Source of the DNA: a virus
DNA length: 64,000 nt
Reading direction: 5' to 3' (one strand)
IMG/VR virus record: IMGVR_UViG_3300042888_002665
Shown here: in pieces, positions 56,094 through 64,000 of the stretch
Numbering within the stretch: position 1 is the first letter of the stretch
How the letters are laid out: each line of letters opens with the position of its first letter
Notes under the pieces: model-generated
Database searches by the model: none
What the model was told of the DNA's origin: nothing
What the model saw: only the letters and a program-made list of their open reading frames with translations
Position numbers and translations under genes: made by a program

Positions 56094-56475
56094 CAGAATT
56101 AGGGTTTAAAATGTTTTTGATAAATAATTTAAAGCTCTCTAATCGGATTAAGAATCCAATTACATTCTGATATGGTACGTCTAAATCGGTATCGACTGAT
56201 AATCCAATATCAGCTAATCCTTTATTTAATTTGGTTTTTAATTTTTGGGTAATTTCTTCCTTTCTAGCCTCGTCTGTGCCTTGAGGAACGATGAATTGAA
56301 CTTTAATACCCTTTTTAGTTGGATTCTTGTTCACATCTACTACCATCTTTAATCCACTATCTGGGGATTGAGGTGGAGTCATATCAACTGCTGGTGATGT
56401 TGGTTCAGCAGCTGTTACTTCTTCTCCTACCTCACCTATAATAGCTTTAATTTCGTCTTCTAATAAGTGATGCAT
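56059..56475 (-). CDS. hypothetical protein
   Basis: ORF track; promoter at 56498. Confidence 0.65.
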   Translation of the reverse strand: MHHLLEDEIKAIIGEVGEEVTAAEPTSPAVDMTPPQSPDSGLKMVVDVNKNPTKKGIKVQFIVPQGTDEARKEEITQKLKTKLNKGLADIGLSVDTDLDVPYQNVIGFLIRLESFKLFIKNILNPNSDEQTSNTEPTV

Positions 56476-56497
56476 ATTTTAGTATTTATTTTCATAC

Positions 56498-56537
56498 ATA
56501 AATATAATAAAGAAAGGCCCTAGAAACTAGGACCTTT
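56498..56537 (-). terminator. terminator fused to promoter motif
   Basis: Minus strand AAAGGTCCTAG-TTT-CTAGGGCCTTT then CTTTATTATATTTAT. Confidence 0.75.
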
Positions 56538-56555
56538 AACTTTAATCGTGTGTTA

Positions 56556-56912
56556 TTACTTCTTCTTAGGATAGTAACGACGCTTCTTCTTAGCTGGTTT
56601 AGGAGCTTCAACTGCAGGAGCAGCTTCAACTACTGGAGGTAGTTCTTCAGTAATCTCTACTTTTGGGGCAGTTACTTCAGGAGTAGGTACAGCAGCTAAT
56701 GCTTCGTCAATCTTTTTAGTCATTTTGTCTAACTTTTTATCGATTTTTAAAGCAGCTTGTTGAGCTTCCTTTAATTTAGCTTCTGTTTCATCAAATGATG
56801 GATTAGAAGCGGCAACATCCTCTTGTGAAAGAGTAACGGTCTGCGTTTGCTTACTAGCAAAGTACCAGATGGCACCAGCAAGACCTAACAACACTAAAAT
56901 TGCAATTAACAT
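56556..56912 (-). CDS. membrane-anchored protein with Pro/Ala/Glu linker and basic tail
   Basis: N-terminal TM; C-terminal PAKKKRRYYPKKK. Confidence 0.7.
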   Translation of the reverse strand: MLIAILVLLGLAGAIWYFASKQTQTVTLSQEDVAASNPSFDETEAKLKEAQQAALKIDKKLDKMTKKIDEALAAVPTPEVTAPKVEITEELPPVVEAAPAVEAPKPAKKKRRYYPKKK

Positions 56913-56937
56913 AATTGTTTGGGTTTTGGTTTAAAAT

Positions 56938-57174
56938 TTAATCTTCAAATAAACTAATGACATAAGCATATGTAAATACACCACATAATGCAATCATTAA
57001 TATCACTAATATCACTTCTGGAAGTCCAGGTATTAATAGGAACTTTTTGTATTTTGACTTATACCATCCATTACTATCAACTTCTTCTAATAGTGAATGA
57101 GTAATGTGGGCTATAATAACGTGAGCCATAAAAGCTACAAATATAAGAAAGGCAAGCATTAAGTAATAAAACAT
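56938..57174 (-). CDS. two-TM membrane protein
   Basis: ORF track. Confidence 0.6.
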   Translation of the reverse strand: MFYYLMLAFLIFVAFMAHVIIAHITHSLLEEVDSNGWYKSKYKKFLLIPGLPEVILVILMIALCGVFTYAYVISLFED

Positions 57175-57175
57175 A

Positions 57176-57352
57176 TTATTCGTCTTTATGTTGTTTAGTT
57201 GTGTTATGATAAATGAAAAATGTAAGTAATACCCATCCGAATTTAGATGAATCCGTCCAATTAACTAGAGCAACATCATAGTTAATTAATGTAAATACTC
57301 CGAATGAAAGTAACATTGCTACGACTGCGTATTGTATTAAAACTTTATTCAT
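57176..57352 (-). CDS. small two-TM protein (58 aa)
   Basis: Manual translation MNKVLIQYAVVAMLLSFGVF..HKDE. Confidence 0.55.
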   Translation of the reverse strand: MNKVLIQYAVVAMLLSFGVFTLINYDVALVNWTDSSKFGWVLLTFFIYHNTTKQHKDE

Positions 57353-57379
57353 AATATGAATTTAATGAGGACATTTTAC

Positions 57380-58144
57380 TTAGACAAATATTTTGTTAGT
57401 CTGAGGATCTCGTTTCATATAGTCACCCCATTTATATTTAAATGTTTCATGACACATTTGTTCTTTATATAAAGACTCTTTAATACGTTCTTCAGATTTA
57501 GTACCTACTGAAACGAAATGGTAAAATGAGACATTATATAAACGAATACTTCCTATGTTGTTTAAATTACATTTCATAAAGAATTCACAATCAACAACCC
57601 ACCCACCAGGATATGATTCATCCCATCCACCTACTTTTAAATAATCTTTTTTAGACATGAATATAGGTAAAGTAGATCCGTTTATATCTTTAACCATTTT
57701 GGAGGATTTAACTTCAAATACTCTAAACGCTTCTAAATCAAATGTTTTAGGGTCACGTCCTAAATCCTTAATTATAAATTGACTAAATATGCTTGGGGTC
57801 GGTTCAATTTGATTCGGGGCATAAACAGCACCTGGTTGATATTGTGATTCTAAACGTGTGTCCCAATCAGCCGGAAATACATTATCATCATTTACAATTA
57901 ATATTAAATCATTAGACGCATTATAAACACCTAAATTAGTTGCTCGAGCTAATCCTACATTCTCTTTTAAATTAAGTACTGAAATATAATCTTGGTATTT
58001 ATCTAATACTTCTTTATTTTCATCATAGAATCCATCTACAACAACGATAATTTCATTTTTGTTTGTTTGACCTTCAATGCAGGATTTTAAACACAAATCA
58101 AGTACTTCTGGTTCTCTGTAAGTAGGAATTATAACTGATATCAT
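57380..58144 (-). CDS. glycosyltransferase family 2 (start trimmed to MISVII)
   Basis: SVIIPTY, VVVDG, N.GLARATN.G, VNDDN, GGWDE. Confidence 0.9.
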   Translation of the reverse strand: MISVIIPTYREPEVLDLCLKSCIEGQTNKNEIIVVVDGFYDENKEVLDKYQDYISVLNLKENVGLARATNLGVYNASNDLILIVNDDNVFPADWDTRLESQYQPGAVYAPNQIEPTPSIFSQFIIKDLGRDPKTFDLEAFRVFEVKSSKMVKDINGSTLPIFMSKKDYLKVGGWDESYPGGWVVDCEFFMKCNLNNIGSIRLYNVSFYHFVSVGTKSEERIKESLYKEQMCHETFKYKWGDYMKRDPQTNKIFV

Positions 58145-58833
58145 ATTTTTTTCCAATTGATTAAAGGTGTTAGCCAAGCTGTCTCACCGTGAGTGGAATA
58201 GCCTGGTATTGGAGTAACTAAGTAATGAGCTGAATTGTATAATGAGACAAACATGTCGAAATCACGGGGATAACTGCCTTGAGTATATTCACGCAATACA
58301 TTTTCCGTCTTACGTAATGTCTTCACTTTAGACGCGAATGTCATCGTTGTTGAATTAGTAACTTTCCAATGTGTAGATGTAGATAACATGACACGAGTCA
58401 TTTCACCTCCACCTTGTACGTATGGATTAGCACCATCAATGTATTTATCTGGATGATCGTATAATGAAACGAAATCGGCTCCAATTTCATTTAGTCCTTC
58501 CTCAATTATTGTCTTAGAGTTAGGTAAATGTAGATAGTCGTTTTCAATAAAGTATACTATTTCATTATCATCAAATGTTAGTGCTTTATCTAATGCTAAA
58601 TTAAATGTACCAGCACCATGTCCAACTGAAACATATTCGATGCTTTCTCTAGGTATATAACTTTGAATTATTACATCTGTTTCTTCAGATACATTATCGG
58701 CTATTACAGTCCAATCTTCAAAAGCAACGTCTTGGAATATATTAACTGCATTCCATAAGCAATTTCTATTATTGATGTACTTCGGTTTTACTTTATTGTA
58801 ACCGGCATCTGATATTCTATATATTATTTTCAT
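58141..58833 (-). CDS. GT-A-fold glycosyltransferase-like protein
   Basis: VIADN, G..GTF..AL, YFIENDYLH, PIPGYSTH. Confidence 0.7.
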   Translation of the reverse strand: MKIIYRISDAGYNKVKPKYINNRNCLWNAVNIFQDVAFEDWTVIADNVSEETDVIIQSYIPRESIEYVSVGHGAGTFNLALDKALTFDDNEIVYFIENDYLHLPNSKTIIEEGLNEIGADFVSLYDHPDKYIDGANPYVQGGGEMTRVMLSTSTHWKVTNSTTMTFASKVKTLRKTENVLREYTQGSYPRDFDMFVSLYNSAHYLVTPIPGYSTHGETAWLTPLINWKKI

Positions 58834-59902
58834 TATTTAGTAATTTAACTTGATGTAATGCTGAAGCAATAACTTGATGCATGTCATAATATTTGTAATC
58901 TGCTAATCGACCACCGAATATAATTTTATCTTCTTTATCCATTAATGATTTATATTGATTATATCTATCATTATTTACTTCATCATTTACTGGGTAATAC
59001 GGCTCACCTTCAGTAGCTGGGTATTCACGAGTAATAACAGTATGTTTTTGTTTACCAAATTCAAAATGTTTATGTTCAACAATTCTAGTATAGGGCACAC
59101 TAGCTTCAGTATAATTTATAGCAGCATTACCTTGATAATCATTAATATCTAAATATTCACTTTCAAAACGTAATGAACGATATTCTAATTTACCAAACTC
59201 ATAATCATAAAACTTATCAACGGGTCCCGTATAAATAACTTTATTGTGTTCTGGTAGTGTATCTTTAAAATAATCAACACCTAGCTTAACTTTGATACCA
59301 TCCAATAACTTATCAAATATTTGAGTATAACCACCTATTGGGATACCTTGGTATCTGTCATTAAAGTAATTATCATCATATGTTAATCTAATAGGTAATC
59401 GTTTAATAATTGAAGTAGGTAATTGTTTTGGATCACGTCCCCACTGTTTAGTAGTATATCCTTTAATAAATTTTTCATATAATTTAGGTCCAACTTGAGA
59501 TAATATCCATTCCTCTAAATTATCTGGTTTATTATTAGGTATTCTTTCTAATTCTAATATTGACTCAGCTTGTGTAGGTGTTGTTACCCCATATATTTGA
59601 TATAATGTCATTAAGTTAATTGGGAAAGAATAAATATTGCTACCATATTTGACTTTAGGTCTGTAGGTAAAATGATTAAATTCAGCGTATTGATTTATGT
59701 AATCCCACACTTGCTTATTATTAGTGTGAAATATATGAGGACCATAAACATGAACATTAATTCCATCTACATCAGCAGTAAAACAATTACCCCCAATGTG
59801 ATCTCGTTTATCTATTACTAATACCTTTCTACCAGCATTAGTTAATTCTCTAGCACATATAGAGCCAAATAAACCAGCTCCAACAATTAAATAATCATAC
59901 AT
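58817..59902 (-). CDS. glf: UDP-galactopyranose mutase
   Basis: DYLIVGAGLFG, HIGGNC, YGPHIFHT, YTTKQWG, YQGIP, EPYYP, GGRLADYKYYDMHQ. Confidence 0.97.
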   Translation of the reverse strand: MYDYLIVGAGLFGSICARELTNAGRKVLVIDKRDHIGGNCFTADVDGINVHVYGPHIFHTNNKQVWDYINQYAEFNHFTYRPKVKYGSNIYSFPINLMTLYQIYGVTTPTQAESILELERIPNNKPDNLEEWILSQVGPKLYEKFIKGYTTKQWGRDPKQLPTSIIKRLPIRLTYDDNYFNDRYQGIPIGGYTQIFDKLLDGIKVKLGVDYFKDTLPEHNKVIYTGPVDKFYDYEFGKLEYRSLRFESEYLDINDYQGNAAINYTEASVPYTRIVEHKHFEFGKQKHTVITREYPATEGEPYYPVNDEVNNDRYNQYKSLMDKEDKIIFGGRLADYKYYDMHQVIASALHQVKLLNNENNI

Positions 59903-60578
59903 TGATTTCTAAATCTATTACAACATTATTTTTATTACCACTATTCCAGAACAAACTAATTAAATGGTTTCTTCTTTCAAATATATTTTTCCAACTTTTA
60001 TATAACTTAATAAAGTCTTTTTTCTTTTTAATTGTTACAATGGTCATCCCCCATGATTTTGGATAATTACATACTCTAATAAATTCATCTTCATAATTTA
60101 AATAGGAAATATCAAAAAAATCCTTTATACCTTCTTCTACACGAGGCCAAGATTCATTATTAAAAGTATCACACTTACCTTCAGGCCAATTACTATCATG
60201 AAATGCAATAAATCCACCTTCAACAACATGAGGGTACCAATGATATAATTCAGACATAACTTGTTCTTTGATATGAAATGTATCAACAAATAATCCTTGA
60301 ATTGGTGTTTCCCAATATTTTCCAACTGTAGATGAATCACCTAATATTTTAGTATATCGAGGGTTGTTCCCAACTGATGGTTCTAAATACTTCCAATCTA
60401 CATCTACACCAAATACTTTATTAGTTTCATCTGTCATTAATAAGACTGCTGAAGATACTCCTGTACGAACACCTAAATCAACAAATGTTGAATTTGTATA
60501 ATTAGATGCTACTTCTAATAAAGGAACTGCATTAGTACCTATATCAGTGTTAAAAAATTGAGCTATTGCTGGGTTCAT
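59895..60578 (-). CDS. class I SAM methyltransferase (Methyltransf_24-like)
   Basis: VDLGVRTGVS, FGVD, GDS, FVDTFH, GGFIAFHD. Confidence 0.85.
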   Translation of the reverse strand: MNPAIAQFFNTDIGTNAVPLLEVASNYTNSTFVDLGVRTGVSSAVLLMTDETNKVFGVDVDWKYLEPSVGNNPRYTKILGDSSTVGKYWETPIQGLFVDTFHIKEQVMSELYHWYPHVVEGGFIAFHDSNWPEGKCDTFNNESWPRVEEGIKDFFDISYLNYEDEFIRVCNYPKSWGMTIVTIKKKKDFIKLYKSWKNIFERRNHLISLFWNSGNKNNVVIDLEINV

Positions 60579-60579
60579 C

Positions 60580-61560
60580 TTAATAATATGTGTTTTGGAT
60601 TTGATTCATAAATACTTCTACTTCATTTCCAATCATTTTACGATATAAGTTAAAATTATTAAAATGCCAATCAAAATTTGTAAATATATCTTCAATTAAT
60701 TCTTTAACTCCATCAGTACTATCAAACTTATATTTTGAATCTATTGTCACATCTTGAAAGAATCGAGCACTGCCATTAAATGATGTTATTAAAGCACAAC
60801 CACAAGTTGCTGCTTCGCGTGGGAATTTATCTTTGCCTGGATGATTGCCAAAATCAATATATAATTTACTTTTAAGCATTAGTTCACGTAATTGATCCCT
60901 ATTCATATCAATCAATGGAATAAATTTAATATCCGGGTTTTCATCCATTAATTGTTTAGTTATTTCAATACCTTTTTTAGGATTATACAACACAACATTA
61001 TCTCTATTTTCATGAGTTATATCTGTAATGTAATCTCTATTAATATAATCAAATAATGGATAAACATATTGAGCGCCATTATTAAGTAAGAACCAATATG
61101 CGTATTGTGATTGATAGAAATGATGTACGTTTAGGTATTCGGGTTGTGTTAGTTTTAAGTGAAAGTCTTTCTGATCACTACCTAATCCATTATCTACTGA
61201 TAACCACCATATTGATTTCTGTATATTAGTAAATTGATCTAATACATCTGGCCATATTTCAGGGATAATAATTAAATTTTCAGGTGAATCAATAATCTCA
61301 CTTGTAATATCGTCTTTAGTAATATATTTGTTATATGCTAGTGGGATATTGATTTTTGATTTATGATAATCTGATTGTACTATCTCATACCAATTACTAT
61401 TATGTTGGGGATGTACTGCTGGGTGGATTAATACCATTTTAGTATTAAATCCTAATTCTTTATAAGCTGCGGCCAAACTATAAGAGCATTCAATCCCTCC
61501 AGTTTCAATATCAGACGGCCCAAAAATATAAACTATAGAATCTTTAGTTAATTTAATCAT
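60580..61560 (-). CDS. GT-B-fold glycosyltransferase
   Basis: IIIPEIW, IWWLS, YNPKKG, YIDFGNHPGKDKFPREAATCGC. Confidence 0.75.
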   Translation of the reverse strand: MIKLTKDSIVYIFGPSDIETGGIECSYSLAAAYKELGFNTKMVLIHPAVHPQHNSNWYEIVQSDYHKSKINIPLAYNKYITKDDITSEIIDSPENLIIIPEIWPDVLDQFTNIQKSIWWLSVDNGLGSDQKDFHLKLTQPEYLNVHHFYQSQYAYWFLLNNGAQYVYPLFDYINRDYITDITHENRDNVVLYNPKKGIEITKQLMDENPDIKFIPLIDMNRDQLRELMLKSKLYIDFGNHPGKDKFPREAATCGCALITSFNGSARFFQDVTIDSKYKFDSTDGVKELIEDIFTNFDWHFNNFNLYRKMIGNEVEVFMNQIQNTYY

Positions 61561-61562
61561 AT

Positions 61563-62360
61563 TTAAATGTACATTATATTAAATTGTGGAAAGTGAAGAT
61601 GACATATATTCTCCATCATTAAATTTTTGTGACTTGGATCGTGAAGTGTTAATTTTTGGATTGTTTCCAATAATTTAATGTATGTTGATTCTTGAAGTAA
61701 GTGCTCTTTTTTTAAATTATTACGTTCAACGCATTTTTTTAAAAATGTTTCACAACTCCATCCTTCAATATATTCCCATATTCTTCCATTATATTCGGAA
61801 AGAGATTGAACATGATTGTATGTTTCATCTATATAATGAGCATCATTTAAATAATCAGTTTTAGATACATTAATAATGTAAAAATTTGTTTGTGGCATGA
61901 AATCTTCTTTTATAATTCGATCAAAATCAAAATCATAATTTACCATACCTCCATATCCGATTCCATTTAAATAATAAAAATCAGCTTCACTAATTTCCTT
62001 ATCTAATAATTCTGAATGAATAACCATATCATTAGCTGATTTGAATAACCATTCAATGTTGTTTTCTTTACAATAATTAAATATAGCATTATCTAAATCA
62101 GCAGTTCCAAAATTATGTCCCCTATTATTAGTTGAATTTAGTAAAATGCAATTTGGAAAATGATGTCTGCACATTTTAGAATAATCTTCTACAAACTCAT
62201 CACTATCAAAGTTAGTTGCTATTATAACATGTGCTGCTTGATTAATTACATCCCTACTATAAGCAAAAAACTTATCTGAATTGATTAAGTCATCATATTT
62301 GCCTATATAACCTATAGTACCGTATGCTGCTTTACTAAAAAGTTGATTTAAATTCATCAA
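61563..62360 (-). CDS. glycosylation-cluster protein (putative GT-A-like)
   Basis: NRGHNFGTADLD..KSANDM; position within GT cluster. Confidence 0.5.
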   Translation of the reverse strand: MMNLNQLFSKAAYGTIGYIGKYDDLINSDKFFAYSRDVINQAAHVIIATNFDSDEFVEDYSKMCRHHFPNCILLNSTNNRGHNFGTADLDNAIFNYCKENNIEWLFKSANDMVIHSELLDKEISEADFYYLNGIGYGGMVNYDFDFDRIIKEDFMPQTNFYIINVSKTDYLNDAHYIDETYNHVQSLSEYNGRIWEYIEGWSCETFLKKCVERNNLKKEHLLQESTYIKLLETIQKLTLHDPSHKNLMMENICHLHFPQFNIMYI

Positions 62361-62997
62361 ATGTAATTAGATTTAATAGTTCTTTTCGATTATCATTAAA
62401 ATACTCCCAATCGGTAATTTGTGGATTTATATCTTCTACAAATTGGTTCTGGAAGTAATGTACATATTGAATAACTCCTACTCCAAAATCTGTATCAACA
62501 ACACATGATTTAATATTTGGATAATGAGCTTTAAAATCAACAAATGATTTCCAAACATCTCCATTCCATGCGATTGTTTCTCGTGGAATTAATTGAGCTT
62601 CATAACTTGTTGGGTTGCAATCATGCATTAATATAAATCCCCCATCTACTACATGTTTTAATGCATTTTTGATGTCTTTTTCTACTTGATCAGCATGATG
62701 CAAACCATCGATGAATATAATATCGTATTTAATATCATGTCCATCAATTAATTTAAAAAATTCATCTGATGTTACTGGGTAATTTGTTTCTGGTGCTTTA
62801 AATCCTTCAGCTGCTGGATCGACTCCATCTTTATGAGTTGCTTTAACTTCTCTGATATTTTCTCCTTTAAATACTCCAATTTCTAAATAATTAACTAAAC
62901 TGTATTGTTCAATTAAATAATTAATTATATCATGACGTTTAACTTCACTATTTAAATATCTAATTACTTCTGGATGGTCTAAATTATTTGTGTACAT
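62335..62997 (-). CDS. class I SAM methyltransferase (Methyltransf_24-like)
   Basis: YLEIGV, GVDP, SDEFF, DIIFIDGLH, GGFILMHDCNP. Confidence 0.9.
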   Translation of the reverse strand: MYTNNLDHPEVIRYLNSEVKRHDIINYLIEQYSLVNYLEIGVFKGENIREVKATHKDGVDPAAEGFKAPETNYPVTSDEFFKLIDGHDIKYDIIFIDGLHHADQVEKDIKNALKHVVDGGFILMHDCNPTSYEAQLIPRETIAWNGDVWKSFVDFKAHYPNIKSCVVDTDFGVGVIQYVHYFQNQFVEDINPQITDWEYFNDNRKELLNLITFDEFKSTF

Positions 62998-63629
62998 TAT
63001 AATGTGTCGTAATATGCGTTTTGTTTTTCTTGACGTTTAATATCTTTATGATGCCATAAAAATAATTCAGCAGGAATATATGAAAGAGTTTTATGTCCTT
63101 CAAGTACTTCATGTACTTTATTTTTCCACTTAATAGATCCATCATTTTTGAATATACGATGTTGCCAATCTGGGAAGTTGATTAATTCCTTATTATCAAT
63201 TTTTTGAACTTTCCATCCCCATTTATCGATATGCTCTTGAGTTAGCCCATCAACTGTATTACGTCGCGCAATATAAAATGATTCAGCTAATCCACGATTA
63301 GATTCAAATATAGCTGGTAAATATGCCCAAAATTCTTTAGATGGTAACTCATCAGCATCAATTTGAACAATGTAATCGCCCGTACAATATTCTAGGAATT
63401 GGTTCTTCCAATCAGCAAAATGACCATTAAAATCTAATTTACGCCACGTTTGTACATTTGGTAATTTATTGAATGAAAGTAAGTACTCCAATACTTCAGG
63501 AGTACCATTTTTTTCATCATACAAGATAACGATTTCATCTTGTACTTGTTTATTTTCTAATAAATTGGGGAGAAGTTGTTTTATCTCCTCCAATTCATTA
63601 CATACTGTTACTGCAAAACTAAACTTCAT
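62997..63629 (-). CDS. glycosyltransferase family 2
   Basis: FAVTVCNE, FADWKN, GDYIVQIDADE, PDWQ.RIF, W..KVHE. Confidence 0.9.
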   Translation of the reverse strand: MKFSFAVTVCNELEEIKQLLPNLLENKQVQDEIVILYDEKNGTPEVLEYLLSFNKLPNVQTWRKLDFNGHFADWKNQFLEYCTGDYIVQIDADELPSKEFWAYLPAIFESNRGLAESFYIARRNTVDGLTQEHIDKWGWKVQKIDNKELINFPDWQHRIFKNDGSIKWKNKVHEVLEGHKTLSYIPAELFLWHHKDIKRQEKQNAYYDTL

Positions 63630-63948
63630 CGTCGTTTTTAATTAATGTTGAATAAGCATATAAAGCGGCTGGAAACATTATATTAGGATATACAACTGAA
63701 TTTTCCATATCTAATTTATGAGTTTGTCCTACTAATGCTTTATCATTTTCTCCAATCAAAACATATTTAGCTACTCTCCACCCCCAATTATCAGCATTCT
63801 TTCCATCTGGAAATAACATAGCTTGATTTTGTTCGTTTAATACTGTTGGATACCATACAAATCCATCATCATCAATTAATTTTAAATCTTTAAACAATTC
63901 AGGTTGGGATTCATAAATTGACTTTTCCAAATCAGTCCTATCGACCAT
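63619..63948 (-). CDS. hypothetical protein
   Basis: ORF track. Confidence 0.6.
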   Translation of the reverse strand: MVDRTDLEKSIYESQPELFKDLKLIDDDGFVWYPTVLNEQNQAMLFPDGKNADNWGWRVAKYVLIGENDKALVGQTHKLDMENSVVYPNIMFPAALYAYSTLIKNDDEV

Positions 63949-64000
63949 ACCTTCATTAGTTTGGTATCCACAACTTTGACAAATACGAGTATTAACTCCC

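Noticed and set aside
1906-61864. Plus-strand ORFs in the track (such as 1906-2145, 5304-5705, 31319-31573, 52062-52535) and short out-of-frame minus ORFs (12127-12321, 12709-12939, 55067-55255, 60137-60340)
   Set aside because: They are shadows nested in longer, motif-bearing genes, with no promoters or recognisable motifs
1-64000. Stop-codon reassignment (TAG/TGA recoding, as in some large phages)
   Set aside because: Genes are full length and densely packed under the standard code; TAG and TGA act as real stops, including at ATGA junctions

Overview
This is a 64-kb segment of a large, AT-rich, tailed dsDNA phage, most likely a jumbo myovirus. It is not a cellular chromosome. All credible protein genes lie on the minus strand. 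The host is inferred to be Bacteroidota from TAnnTTT-type promoter cores, A-rich translation starts without Shine-Dalgarno sequences, a signal peptide followed by Gln, DUF4494, and a TonB-dependent transporter (TBDT)/lipoprotein pair. Layout: (1) 1-11.5 kb, metabolic and replication genes (FAD oxidoreductase, kinase-HAD fusion, nucleotidyltransferase-peptidase fusion, exonuclease, primase, GIY-YIG) plus probable capsid-packaged proteins. (2) 11.5-27.7 kb, baseplate/tail module (gp5-, gp25- and gp6-like, a 1547-aa protein, FN3/Pro-Thr-repeat proteins). (3) 27.7-30.6 kb, sigma factor, HD hydrolase, T5orf172. (4) 30.6-33.5 kb, two structured non-coding zones: a GC-rich multi-hairpin island behind a plus-strand promoter, and a palindromic operator/iteron-like cluster. 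(5) 31-49 kb, about 50 small accessory genes driven by roughly 30 copies of one promoter motif, often fused to a stem-loop. (6) 49-53.5 kb, lysozyme, an intact TBDT plus beta-helix surface lipoprotein operon with a Pho-box-like upstream region, and hpt. (7) 57-64 kb, a glycosylation cluster (GT2s, a GT-B, glf, two methyltransferases). The top candidate for a novel system is the phage-encoded TBDT-lipoprotein uptake module. No tRNA, CRISPR array, integrase or reverse transcriptase was seen. All family calls come from motif recognition by eye, not from database searches.
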